Shown here one piece after another: positions 48,901 to 57,915 of a stretch of 59,800 nt of DNA (within the stretch, counting starts at the first letter, position 1; each line of letters begins with the position of its first letter). This DNA is from a virus (Duplodnaviria > Caudoviricetes). The DNA lies in IMG/VR virus record IMGVR_UViG_3300044731_000564, positions 1 through 59,800 of that record; one strand, written 5' to 3'. The position numbers and the translations under genes were made by a program. Under the pieces are notes generated by a model. The model was not told where the DNA came from. It saw only the letters and a list, made by a program, of their open reading frames with translations, and searched no databases.

Positions 48901-51900
48901 TGTAAAAATTGAATTAGTTTCAACTAAAGAAAGTTCAAGAGGTAAAGGGAAGGCAAAGGAAATGGTGCAGAAAGTTACCGATTGGGCAGATAAAAACAAT
49001 ACCGATTTACATTTAGACATTGCCCCACAGGATAAATCAACAACAGAAGCTGGACTTAAAAAATTATACGAATCATTTGGATTTGAATTTGATGGCATAC
49101 ATGGAATTAGAAAACCAAAAGCAGTAGAACAATCCATTGAAAATAAATCTATACCTAAATCCCTAAATGAAATAAAAAGTGGTATCTTTGCGTATGGGAA
49201 AGATAATAGTAAAACGACTAAGCGAATACAATACTTGGGGGCAAATGAAAGCACGTTGCCTAAACAAGACGCACAAGAACTTCAAAGATTACGGGGGGAG
49301 AGGGATAGCTATATCTCCGAATTGGATAAACAACTTCAATCAATTTCTGATAGATATGGGGAGCAGACCGACCCCGAAACATTCAATAGAGAGGATAGAC
49401 AACAATGGGGATTACTGCAAAGAGAATTGCAAGTGGTCGGACAAAGTAGAACAAAGTTGGAACAGGAGAACTACTCTAAAAGTAGAGTACAAGGGGGAAA
49501 TGGTAACAATGCTGTATCTGCAACAAATAACGGGGATAAAACACAGGAGATTAAGGGCAAGGATATTCGAGCAGAATATGACAGTAGAGGAGGCAGTAGC
49601 GAAACCACTAATGAATTGCGGGAGAAAGATAAAAGCGAACAATCCCTACCCACCCAAGAAGTAAAAGTAGAGGGAGATGCACTAAAAAATGTAGAATACA
49701 GTTTAATGCGACCAAAGACCAATGTATTAGTTTATGTTTCTCCCGAAAAATTATTAGAACAAGCAGCAAAAGATAATCCCGATTTTGATGTAACAAATAA
49801 GAAAAATCAAATAGGTAATCGTGTTCAAAAGGCAAAAGATTTTATAAATAATTACATTAAAGATAATAGGTGGATTAATCCTAAGACAAGAGAAAGAGGT
49901 AATACTAAAGTTAAATTTGAACCAAGCCAAGTAAGCGTTAATGATGGTAAAATAGGCTTTGAAGATGGCAGACATAGAGTTCTTGCTGCAAAAGAAATGG
50001 GATTAACTTCTGTTGGTATAGAAGTACCCAAAGAGCAAGAACAATATTTTAAAAGTAAGTTTTCAAATGTAAAAGTAGAACAAAACAAAAAAGAACTATC
50101 TAATACTTCCGATAAAAAAGACATGAAAGAAGAACGTGTCGAAAAGGTGGGTTCTGAAACATATAGAAATACAAAACATAAAGAAGGCAGAACTAAGACT
50201 AAAACTATTGCCGATGGAACTCAAATAAAAGGAACTTATAAAATAGTTTCTTCCGACGATGTATTAGCATCTCATAATGAAGAAACATTTTCTAAAACAA
50301 AGGGGTTTCCAACCGATGAAAAAGGGAATACTGTAAACGATAGAAATTATGAAACAGATATAAACGCACAATCAGAAGTAGGTATAATTGCAGAAAACCT
50401 CGATGATAGAGCAATTTCTCAAACACCAATAGTTACTAAAGATGGGATTATAGTTGATGGTAATAACCGAACTATGAGCCGTAAACTTGCAGCTAAAAAC
50501 GGTACTGATGCAAATTATATTCAAGCACTAAAAGAAAATGCAGACCTATATGGATTTACAGAAGAAGATGTTGATGCAGTAAAAAATCCAATGTTGGTAT
50601 TTGAGGCTAAAGAAGATTTACCTTATACTACTAAAACATTTTCACGTTTCAACAAAGAAGAAAAGAAAGCTAAATCACCAAGAGAGAAAGCAGTTGAAAT
50701 AAGCAAAACAATAAGCGATAGAGCAAGAAGAATTATTGCAGAAATATACGAAAACGCAGAAACTCCAAGTGATGTAACAAGCGACCCAAAGAAAGTAAGC
50801 GAATTAAAAAAGATATTTATTGATGAGGGGATAATTCAAACAAATGAATTGCCTAAATATTTTAATTTAGAAACAGGAACGGCTACAAGAGATGGAGTTT
50901 CTTTTATTGAAACGATATTAATGGGTAGCGCATTAGATGAAAATACCATTCGCACATTAGATATGGATGGTATGGGGAATGTTAGAAATATCATATTAAA
51001 ATCAGTTGTTAGTCTAACTAAAAATGCAGCACTAAAAGAAGATTCATTACAACCTAATATACTAAAAGGAATAGAATTAGTATCTAAGGCAAAAGCATCT
51101 AAAACATCTGTACTTAGCCTTATTGGACAACTTCAAATTTATGAGATTAGCAATTATAGTTCAGAAGACTTAGCTATTGCAATACTATTAGAAGGTAAAG
51201 GGTTTAATGACTTTTTAAAAATTTATAATTCCGAAGTAGGAACAGAATCTTTGTTTTACGGAAAAATGACAAAGGATAAATTAATCGACAATTTACTTAA
51301 TCAAAAAATAAAAAACTATGAACAAGTTAGAAAAAATTTACGCAATGATGCCGAACAAGGAAAGGGAGAAGTTCAAGATGGCAATGGAAATATTGGACAA
51401 GAAGACAAAGGAAGCGAAGCAAATAAAGGAGAAAAAGAAAATAAAATAGAAGATGAAGGTAGTGTTGATAGAGAGAAAGGTGTTCCTTTTATAAAAAAGA
51501 TATTTGATAAAATTAGAAGTATAACAAAATTAAATAAAGTACAACATAATAGACTTTTTGATATTGATACTAAATTATCAAAAGAAATTGCGGATGCTTA
51601 TGAAAAAATGAAGCACAACCCTAATAACCCTAAAGTAAAGAAAGCTTATAAGGCAATGGTTGAAGAAACAAAGCAACAATATGACGCTTTGATTGAAGGG
51701 GGATTAAAAGCAGAAAGATGGACAGGCAAAGGAGAGCCTTATGCAAATTCAAAAGAAATGCTAAGTGATTTAAAGGAAAACAATCATTTATGGTTTCTAC
51801 CAAATGAAAGTGCGTTTGGAGATAAAGATGCAGCTACAAAATATAAAGACAATATTGGTTTACAAGATTCAGGTATTACTATTGATGGGAAACCATTAAC

Positions 51901-54900
51901 TAATTCGGAAGTATTTAGAATTGTTCACGATGCGGTTCATGGAATAAACGGAAGTGAATTTGGCGCAATAGGAGAAGAAAATGCTACACTACAACATTTA
52001 TCAATGTATTCTGATGAAGCGTTACCTGCCGTAGTTGCACAAACAAGAGGGCAAAATAGTTGGGTTAATTTTTCAGGGGTTAACGATTCTGCAAATGCTA
52101 AATTTAAAGAAGCGGCTAAACTTGAAAAAGAAGGTAAATATGATGAAGCAAAAAAAATTAGGGAAGAAGCGCAAAAAGAGTTTACATTTGCAGAACCGAA
52201 AATAGGATTATTACCAAATAAATATAATTTTAGATACTATGGAACAAAAAACGCAGAACTCGCAAGTAAAGAGAGAACTAACACCCGAAGTGGAGATGGT
52301 AATAAGGGAGAATCCAAGCCATTACCTACACTCGGATATGGAAAGAATGTGGCAAGAGAATCAAAATCTTTCAGTTCAAGAAGCAATAGCGAAGGTAGAA
52401 CGATTCGCACAAGCTATGGGGATATAGTTCCTAAAGCAATACATACAGTTAAGCAATCGTTAGTTGATGGAATAAAAAAAGCATTCCCTAAAGCAACTAT
52501 TGATAAAGAACTTTTTGAAGTAGATGCTGATATTTTCCATAAAGCAGCCACAAAAGCGAAATCTGTAAATGAGTTCGGTGCAGCAGTAGATGTGTTGTCA
52601 CCAAAAGAATATTCTAAATATAGACTGTTTATAACAGAAGATGGATTGACAGGCATAGCACTATCACCTAACGGTGATTTGGGAAGCGGTTTTGATATGT
52701 CGGGCAAACCAAGAAGATTACCTCAACTATTAGTATTAGGCATTGAAAATGGAGCAACTCACGCCAATGCTTTCCACACAATACTTCCAAACTATTATAC
52801 TGCATTTGGATTTAAGCCCGTTGCACGTAATCTTTGGAACGATGCTTTAAAGCCCGAAGATTGGAATTATGAAACATTTAAGGATTTTAACAATGGCAGA
52901 CCCGATGTAGTTCACTTTATTTGGGATGGTGGCGATAGAAACACTATACATGAACGTATAGGTCAATTTGATAACTATAACGACTACCATAAAGAGCAAA
53001 CACCTGTAATTAACACATGGAAGGAAGCGCAAGAAATTGTACAACAATCCCTCAAAGAAACACCTACATCAGAAAAACAAAACAAAATATCCGATGCAGC
53101 CAACAAACTTGCAGATGACTTTGCAAAGAAGTTCAAGTCATCACCACCACCTAAGTTCTATGATAAGGATGGTAACGAAATGCAGATATTTACAAAGGGG
53201 GCAACGTGGAATGATATGGTTGATGCTATCGCAGAAGGAATTAGACAAGCAGGTAAAGTAGCACAAGGAGCAGTAGATATAGCAAAGGTAATTAGCGAAT
53301 ACCTTGAAAGTCAAAAGTGGTTTCAAGATTTAACCGATGCCAATAAAAAAATAATTACCGAAAGAGTAAAGTCTAAGTTCTTAGAGGAAAAATCAAAGGA
53401 GATAAAACCACCTGTTGAACCACCTACTGAAAATAAAAAAGAATTAGATAGTGAAGAATTATTACCTGACGATAAAGCATTTTTAAAAAGAGTAGCTACA
53501 TCTACTAACATATCTAAAGAAGCAAAAGATATTTTAGAGAAAGAAGGTTTAAAATATGTTCCGAGAAGTTGGGATGAAGCAAAGAAAATTGCACAAGAAT
53601 TAAAAAAAGAATTTACTGAAAGAGAACTGTTATCAATGATTGATAATGGCAAATTCAATAATGATATAGGAACATTTATCATGGCTGAAATGATGAATGA
53701 TTCTATGTTATTAGAAGAAAAAGCAGATACACCCGAAGCAAGACTAAAGGCTGCCGAAAAATCAGCAAGGCTATATATTAAAGCAGATGAAATATTTAGA
53801 GGTTGGGGTAGGGGTATTAATGCTATTCGTGCTTTCTATCGTGATTCACCATTAGGAGTAGTTTTAAAAACTAAAAAACAATGGGAGGAAAGAGTTGATA
53901 ATGCGCTTAAAGGTCAAGAAAAAACAATCAAAGAATTATTAGATGATATTAAAGATTCAGATGAGTTTAGAGATTTCTTGAATGAAGAAGTTAATAAAAA
54001 ATTAAAGAACAAAAAGCCTATAATTAACAAGGCAAGACACAAGAAGATAATTGACTTTTTTGATTCTTTGAAGTCCACTAAAGCAGACCCCAATAAGCCA
54101 CAAGCATCATCTATTATACCACCACAAATTTTAGATAACGCAATAGAGTTTATGAAACAAGCAACATTAGCAGGGTCTTCTGTTAATGATATTATTAGGT
54201 ATGGTATTGAACACATAAACTCAAACATAAAAGAGGCGTGGGATGAGAATGAATTTAGAAAAAAGTTTGAGCCAAAGATTCAACAGTTAATTGATTCATT
54301 AGAAGAAAATGATTGGAATAGTGTTATGCAATCATTAAAGACTAAGAATAAACAAGCCAAAGTTTCTGTTACAACAAAATATACTAACCTATTAAATAAC
54401 ATTAAGAAACTTTCATCAAATGAAAGAGCATCAATGGTTAGAGGGTTAATAGGTAATTTATATTCAGATAAGATAATAACTAAAGAACAGTTATCGGACT
54501 ATGTAAATAACGAAATAGATTTACAAGATATTATAGAAAGTCTTGATGATACAAATAAGGAATTAGTTATAAGTAAATTAAATCAACTATCAACTACTAT
54601 TGTATCAGCAAAAGAAGGAGCAAAAGGAGATGTTAATGTAACCGATATATTAAGGCAGAGGAAAGAAATGCTTGACAGGTGGAGAACTAAATTAGATAAA
54701 TTAGAACCACAAAAGAGAGATGATTTTCTTAGAAAAATAATGAATAAGGTTATAGAAGCAGGTGGATTAGAGTATGATGATTTTAGACAAATGTATGCAG
54801 AGGCAATAGGTCTTCCTGTAATGACAGATGAAATTGCAGCTAAGATTAAAGAACTTGTATTAAATAAAAATAAATTTGTAGAATCATTTAACAAGGCTAA

Positions 54901-56998
54901 AGAGTTACTTGAAAAAGATAAACTTACAGATGCAGAATACGAATCGTTTAAGAAAGAAGCAGAATTAGCCGAAAAAGTAGCAGAGAAAAGCGCAAAGGAA
55001 TTAAATCTACTTGTAGGTAAAACGGGTAATGTAAGCGACTTGATAGGTACTCTTATGCAAGGTTCAGCACTATCATTAAGGTCAACTGTAAACAACGTAT
55101 TATTTAATGCGGTTAATATGCCTATAAAAATGGCAAGTAGCATAACAAGAACAGGAATAGAGCAACTTGTATTCAGAGGGCTACCAACATTAATACCTAA
55201 ACTAAAGGGTAAGGAGTTCTTTAAAAGAAATCCATATAACGCATTTAGTGGTGGAGTTAGTGCAACAGAGTATGCAGGTATAGGACTAAAAAAATCACTA
55301 AAACAAATATATACAGGTGCAGGTGAAAAAGATTACTTCAATCACGAAATAAGAGCAGGGCTACAACCTAAAGAAGCACTTAGTAAGATATGGAAAAACA
55401 TAACGGGTGCAAGGAAAGATTCTATTAATGATAATATATATCACGCAATAGAGGGGACAATGGGATGGCTACCTGAAACTATGTTTAGATTGCAGAACGT
55501 AGGGGATAAGCCTATAAGATTTTATGCAGAAGCAAAAGAAGCAGCACGTATAGCAAACGAAAAAGGACTTACAGGGAACAAAGCTAAATTATTTGTACAA
55601 TTTCCCGACGAACAAAGCAAAGAAAGAATACAAAAGGCAGGTGATGAAAGTGTATTGACACAAGAAAATAAAATTAACGAATGGGTTAAAGACTTTCAGA
55701 ATTATCTAACAAGACAATCAGAAAAAGAAAATAGTAAGTTAGGCAAGTTTGCATTTAACTTAGTAAAGGTATTTGCAAAAAGTACAATGCTATTTACCAA
55801 GACACCTGCAAACGCAGCAATGATGGTAATGAAGTTGGCAGTACCCGAAGCATCTGCAATAACAGGTCTTGCTCAAATATCAAGGTCTATAAAAACAAAT
55901 GATAAATCATTATTCGATGATGGAATGAAGAACCTATCTATTGCATCAGTAGGATGGGGATTAGCTTATTTAACGGCAAACTTAATAGCAACAGGACTTA
56001 TAACACCACCACCTGACGATGAAGATAAAAAGTCTAAAAGAGGTTTCTATGAAACAGGGTATAAGTTAAATTGGAGTGCATTTAATAGATGGATGGATGG
56101 TGGAAATATTAATCCAATGAAAGGTGATGTTGTAACAGATATGAGCATATTAGGAACATTAGGGTATGTAATGTCTGCAACATGGGCAAGGTCAAAGCAA
56201 AGCAAGAATTATTTAGATGGAGCGTTCAATGCCTTTGGAACATCATTTAATGCAAGTGTAGAACAAGCAATACTAAGAAACGCAGGTGCAGCAGCAACGG
56301 CAATTAAAAATCATTCGGTTAGTGATTTATTAATATCATACCTTACAAGCCTTGAAAATATTATATCGCCAAGAGGTTTATTTGACTTAGTTGAGTATAA
56401 TAGTTATGTTCCCGATAAAACTTTATTAACCGATAAGGAAAAAGTTTTAGCACCATTAAAGATGAGATTCTTTGGAGGAGATAAAAAGAATATTCCCCCT
56501 ACTATTGATATGTTTGGTGAAGAAGTAAAGAGATACGGAGATAGCGATAGTTGGGTAGCATCATATTTTTTAGGTACAAGAACATTGCAAATAGACCCTG
56601 CAAAAGAGAAACTTGCTAAAATGTATTTAGAACTTGAAACAAATAAAGACCTACAAAAAGGGGTATATCCAACTAAACCCGAACCTTCAATAACTATTAA
56701 TGGTAAAAAAGTTGAACTTACTAAAGATGAATATTTAGAATATCAAAAAATGATAGGGAAGTCAAGATTTGATTGGATTAAATATACATTTGATGGGGCT
56801 AGCATAGAGGATGAAGATAAAAATACTATGGTGTTTGAAGACTTGAATGAAGCACAAAAGATTGATGCTATAAAAGATTCTTATTCAAAAGGGTATAATC
56901 AAGGAGTTAAAAACTTCATAGAGGTAAACCCTAAATTTGAAGAAGCAAATTTTGAAGATGAAACTAATAGAGTTTCAATACAAGGTAAGCCCGATTAA
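45944..56998 (+). CDS. giant polyvalent internal virion protein (GNAT, ParB-like, DdrB-like ParB, His-motif domain, second GNAT-like domain)
   Basis: 3684-aa ORF; SRGKGKAK...LYESFGF (GNAT), EDGRHR (ParB), SH...DRNY...DGNNR (DdrB-ParB), FRIVHDAVH...GEENA...TRGQNSWVNF, LPNYYTAFGF...GRPDVV. Confidence 0.85.
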   Translation: MPNEELILDEQKKQQLDSNIKNMLSNGATQEDVMSYASDFKTKYGQKKSLIGNTTSKTLENGVSDTPKVEDFASQAGGWSGGNKEQAQPQTKPQELKTPAYGGMKEKIQVVDNSKDMTSSEMNEVDKNIQKTLMRGQGLVVDDNAVIPDTYTVDSDVQSFLSGIETDKKEEVGKYLYNLKIGNKGEFTKLYDKYLQGELTENDKFKIESRAINNKLQTLGNDANIYNKRNDIELANNSIKEYNDLINVQKEIIKKYPDVYNKEQAVINNQAAFDALKEINPITGGIAEGLNNLRNVPAKLFVDAPATMAKFFNDKLEEMQGLDANAYSGADKAYDAIREFTDDYLKIPQTQKPLFNDKGNLDYQQVIPKTVQTLGDMAALMIMGGRLGAIGEGAVLAKGTADAIGLTVAGYLSQVTDYYDSAKELDLSDTDARQYAENGAFANAMLENVNPNLKFLRNTNAIPTAIEELIKQGIKPTAGEIAKKILTEVGQENAQELLQSLSDLMAGVAANQQAGKQLFDSQLSPENIKETVILTTLVTALAGGANISMENLQRKESKYALMQYFKNKPTEVLDAINTQVQNGSITQAQADKLQIDLTKQTITQSKTPTNLSDEQKIEVQPLLEQKQELVKEQEKVDDAFKGSFKEQIEVIDNKINEIAKPKLEEIKLEETKPEAPKQEVISEEDYDGLIVMRNIGILEEGEAEKIKAYEDSLDKNLQVNTTDNGKEKGQEEDVLSTQTPIQEDIATEPVSSDVMSETPTELRDVESTAKALAKIGITSKIPASSEYKRTEPKEVSEAYHKAKADGSNPELVNAVESLLSKEQTPKSENKKVDVVGSGVVDNKTKQQLLDERLDKIKEIKDKAEGTREERTKRYKELVNELGDETAALKKLQEEINARAKKEIDKLPELPKTESEVINEKGENDFKKIKKDLGFKSNDYSWGKSPMDEDMGDMLLSKDKESVIFIKPNEVEVYDEKNDQTDTITNGVKIELVSTKESSRGKGKAKEMVQKVTDWADKNNTDLHLDIAPQDKSTTEAGLKKLYESFGFEFDGIHGIRKPKAVEQSIENKSIPKSLNEIKSGIFAYGKDNSKTTKRIQYLGANESTLPKQDAQELQRLRGERDSYISELDKQLQSISDRYGEQTDPETFNREDRQQWGLLQRELQVVGQSRTKLEQENYSKSRVQGGNGNNAVSATNNGDKTQEIKGKDIRAEYDSRGGSSETTNELREKDKSEQSLPTQEVKVEGDALKNVEYSLMRPKTNVLVYVSPEKLLEQAAKDNPDFDVTNKKNQIGNRVQKAKDFINNYIKDNRWINPKTRERGNTKVKFEPSQVSVNDGKIGFEDGRHRVLAAKEMGLTSVGIEVPKEQEQYFKSKFSNVKVEQNKKELSNTSDKKDMKEERVEKVGSETYRNTKHKEGRTKTKTIADGTQIKGTYKIVSSDDVLASHNEETFSKTKGFPTDEKGNTVNDRNYETDINAQSEVGIIAENLDDRAISQTPIVTKDGIIVDGNNRTMSRKLAAKNGTDANYIQALKENADLYGFTEEDVDAVKNPMLVFEAKEDLPYTTKTFSRFNKEEKKAKSPREKAVEISKTISDRARRIIAEIYENAETPSDVTSDPKKVSELKKIFIDEGIIQTNELPKYFNLETGTATRDGVSFIETILMGSALDENTIRTLDMDGMGNVRNIILKSVVSLTKNAALKEDSLQPNILKGIELVSKAKASKTSVLSLIGQLQIYEISNYSSEDLAIAILLEGKGFNDFLKIYNSEVGTESLFYGKMTKDKLIDNLLNQKIKNYEQVRKNLRNDAEQGKGEVQDGNGNIGQEDKGSEANKGEKENKIEDEGSVDREKGVPFIKKIFDKIRSITKLNKVQHNRLFDIDTKLSKEIADAYEKMKHNPNNPKVKKAYKAMVEETKQQYDALIEGGLKAERWTGKGEPYANSKEMLSDLKENNHLWFLPNESAFGDKDAATKYKDNIGLQDSGITIDGKPLTNSEVFRIVHDAVHGINGSEFGAIGEENATLQHLSMYSDEALPAVVAQTRGQNSWVNFSGVNDSANAKFKEAAKLEKEGKYDEAKKIREEAQKEFTFAEPKIGLLPNKYNFRYYGTKNAELASKERTNTRSGDGNKGESKPLPTLGYGKNVARESKSFSSRSNSEGRTIRTSYGDIVPKAIHTVKQSLVDGIKKAFPKATIDKELFEVDADIFHKAATKAKSVNEFGAAVDVLSPKEYSKYRLFITEDGLTGIALSPNGDLGSGFDMSGKPRRLPQLLVLGIENGATHANAFHTILPNYYTAFGFKPVARNLWNDALKPEDWNYETFKDFNNGRPDVVHFIWDGGDRNTIHERIGQFDNYNDYHKEQTPVINTWKEAQEIVQQSLKETPTSEKQNKISDAANKLADDFAKKFKSSPPPKFYDKDGNEMQIFTKGATWNDMVDAIAEGIRQAGKVAQGAVDIAKVISEYLESQKWFQDLTDANKKIITERVKSKFLEEKSKEIKPPVEPPTENKKELDSEELLPDDKAFLKRVATSTNISKEAKDILEKEGLKYVPRSWDEAKKIAQELKKEFTERELLSMIDNGKFNNDIGTFIMAEMMNDSMLLEEKADTPEARLKAAEKSARLYIKADEIFRGWGRGINAIRAFYRDSPLGVVLKTKKQWEERVDNALKGQEKTIKELLDDIKDSDEFRDFLNEEVNKKLKNKKPIINKARHKKIIDFFDSLKSTKADPNKPQASSIIPPQILDNAIEFMKQATLAGSSVNDIIRYGIEHINSNIKEAWDENEFRKKFEPKIQQLIDSLEENDWNSVMQSLKTKNKQAKVSVTTKYTNLLNNIKKLSSNERASMVRGLIGNLYSDKIITKEQLSDYVNNEIDLQDIIESLDDTNKELVISKLNQLSTTIVSAKEGAKGDVNVTDILRQRKEMLDRWRTKLDKLEPQKRDDFLRKIMNKVIEAGGLEYDDFRQMYAEAIGLPVMTDEIAAKIKELVLNKNKFVESFNKAKELLEKDKLTDAEYESFKKEAELAEKVAEKSAKELNLLVGKTGNVSDLIGTLMQGSALSLRSTVNNVLFNAVNMPIKMASSITRTGIEQLVFRGLPTLIPKLKGKEFFKRNPYNAFSGGVSATEYAGIGLKKSLKQIYTGAGEKDYFNHEIRAGLQPKEALSKIWKNITGARKDSINDNIYHAIEGTMGWLPETMFRLQNVGDKPIRFYAEAKEAARIANEKGLTGNKAKLFVQFPDEQSKERIQKAGDESVLTQENKINEWVKDFQNYLTRQSEKENSKLGKFAFNLVKVFAKSTMLFTKTPANAAMMVMKLAVPEASAITGLAQISRSIKTNDKSLFDDGMKNLSIASVGWGLAYLTANLIATGLITPPPDDEDKKSKRGFYETGYKLNWSAFNRWMDGGNINPMKGDVVTDMSILGTLGYVMSATWARSKQSKNYLDGAFNAFGTSFNASVEQAILRNAGAAATAIKNHSVSDLLISYLTSLENIISPRGLFDLVEYNSYVPDKTLLTDKEKVLAPLKMRFFGGDKKNIPPTIDMFGEEVKRYGDSDSWVASYFLGTRTLQIDPAKEKLAKMYLELETNKDLQKGVYPTKPEPSITINGKKVELTKDEYLEYQKMIGKSRFDWIKYTFDGASIEDEDKNTMVFEDLNEAQKIDAIKDSYSKGYNQGVKNFIEVNPKFEEANFEDETNRVSIQGKPD
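49183..49190 (+). promoter_or_regulatory. internal -7 promoter element (TATCTTTG) for nested HNH gene
   Basis: TAnnTTTG-CGT-ATG, similar to TAnnTTTG-CATT-ATG at 203 and 20149. Confidence 0.55.
49194..49664 (+). CDS. HNH homing-endonuclease-like protein nested in +1 frame of the giant gene
   Basis: EYNTWGQMKARC...YGGRGI...W...F..DMG.RP....SIERIDNNGDYCKENCKW....Q..NRR plus C-terminal HTH-like tail. Confidence 0.88.
   Translation: MGKIIVKRLSEYNTWGQMKARCLNKTHKNFKDYGGRGIAISPNWINNFNQFLIDMGSRPTPKHSIERIDNNGDYCKENCKWSDKVEQSWNRRTTLKVEYKGEMVTMLYLQQITGIKHRRLRARIFEQNMTVEEAVAKPLMNCGRKIKANNPYPPKK
51318..51449 (+). CDS. nested 43-aa helical protein in +1 frame of the giant gene
   Basis: MNKLEKIYAMMPNKEREKFKMAMEILDKKTKEAKQIKEKKKIK; start context AAAAAATAAAAAACTATG matches real gene starts. 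Confidence 0.5.
   Translation: MNKLEKIYAMMPNKEREKFKMAMEILDKKTKEAKQIKEKKKIK
52239..52427 (+). CDS. nested 62-aa helical protein in +1 frame of the giant gene
   Basis: Amphipathic, protein-like sequence while the host frame is low-complexity linker; start context ATACTATG as for the MCP gene. Confidence 0.6.
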   Translation: MEQKTQNSQVKRELTPEVEMVIRENPSHYLHSDMERMWQENQNLSVQEAIAKVERFAQAMGI

Positions 56999-57039
56999 GT
57001 TTAAAATAAAGTAGTAACTTTATAGTCTAAATACTTCTT

Positions 57040-57300
57040 ATGAAAGAGATACATCTGAACATAGGCGAGTTTAAACTAAATGATGAGGATGAGCCGATAG
57101 ACTTGTGGGCTATGTCAGATGCTAATGGTGCTAAGTTTTATTTTTATTACATTGATGACGATGAAAAGGAACAGATACAATACCTAATAACAGTAACACC
57201 CGAAGTAATTAAGATACTGTACTCAATCATCTTCGTTTCTAATATGGAGCAGAATAATAAATCGCAAATATTTATAAATCAACCTTATAATTCAAATTAA
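57040..57300 (+). CDS. hypothetical acidic protein
   Basis: ORF after giant gene. Confidence 0.65.
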   Translation: MKEIHLNIGEFKLNDEDEPIDLWAMSDANGAKFYFYYIDDDEKEQIQYLITVTPEVIKILYSIIFVSNMEQNNKSQIFINQPYNSN

Positions 57301-57332
57301 TTAATTATTTTTACATTGTAAATTTCAAAACT

Positions 57333-57410
57333 ATGAAAGCAGTACACATCAACACTAAATGTTCAGAGTGCAATCCCGTACCTAAACCTAAAAAACCAAT
57401 TAAAAACTAA
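57333..57410 (+). CDS. 25-aa CxxC micro-protein
   Basis: MKAVHINTKCSECNPVPKPKKPIKN; AAAACTATG context; TAATG-coupled to next gene. Confidence 0.45.
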   Translation: MKAVHINTKCSECNPVPKPKKPIKN

Positions 57411-57913
57411 TGGCTTTTTCATCTAACGCACCCGTATTAGAATATAAATCAGTAGATACATTCCCTTTGTCGGAAACATTAACAGGAACAGTTACAAGCA
57501 ATGGTAAAATTGTAGTAGGTGTAGGAACACTATTTACTACTGAAATTGGATATAATGGAGATGATAACTCTATTGTAAGAAAACCCGATTTAGGTTATAT
57601 ATGGAATGGATTAAGTGGAGCAGGAGGTGGAGAATGGAGGCAAGTAACAGACGTTATAAGCGACACATTACTATATATAGATAGTGAATTTGATACACCA
57701 CTAACAGCAGATGTTATAAAAAGAATACCTACTTGTAGGGCAACTAAGGTTGATTATTTGGGACATGAAGGTACACCATCAATAGATGGTATTGATGTTA
57801 AATTAGGTGAAAACGGTTTTTGGAAGATAGCTGAATTTACAAATAAGCCTATTCAACCACATATTATAGGAGGAACAAGTGGAGATATATTGCACTTAAC
57901 GGTAACCTATTAA
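57410..57913 (+). CDS. putative structural/tail-associated protein
   Basis: TGTVTSNGKIVVGVGTLFTTE...V..V.SDT.L motif typical of fibre N-termini. Confidence 0.6.
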   Translation: MAFSSNAPVLEYKSVDTFPLSETLTGTVTSNGKIVVGVGTLFTTEIGYNGDDNSIVRKPDLGYIWNGLSGAGGGEWRQVTDVISDTLLYIDSEFDTPLTADVIKRIPTCRATKVDYLGHEGTPSIDGIDVKLGENGFWKIAEFTNKPIQPHIIGGTSGDILHLTVTY

Positions 57914-57915
57914 TA

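Noticed and set aside
49140-49680. Group I intron or intein housing the HNH gene
   Set aside because: No room for an intron core outside the HNH ORF, no recognisable P7 elements, no intein C/S...HN-C/S/T ends, and the HNH is out of frame with the host
51553-51570. FDID in the giant protein as a crAss-type RNAP catalytic motif
   Set aside because: Reads RLFDIDT, lacking the first Asp of DxDxD and any surrounding RNAP context
53037-53261. +1-frame ORF inside the giant gene (74 aa, HHHH)
   Set aside because: TTG start without the A-rich context; the His run is just the shifted reading of a Pro run; not protein-like, unlike the other nested ORFs
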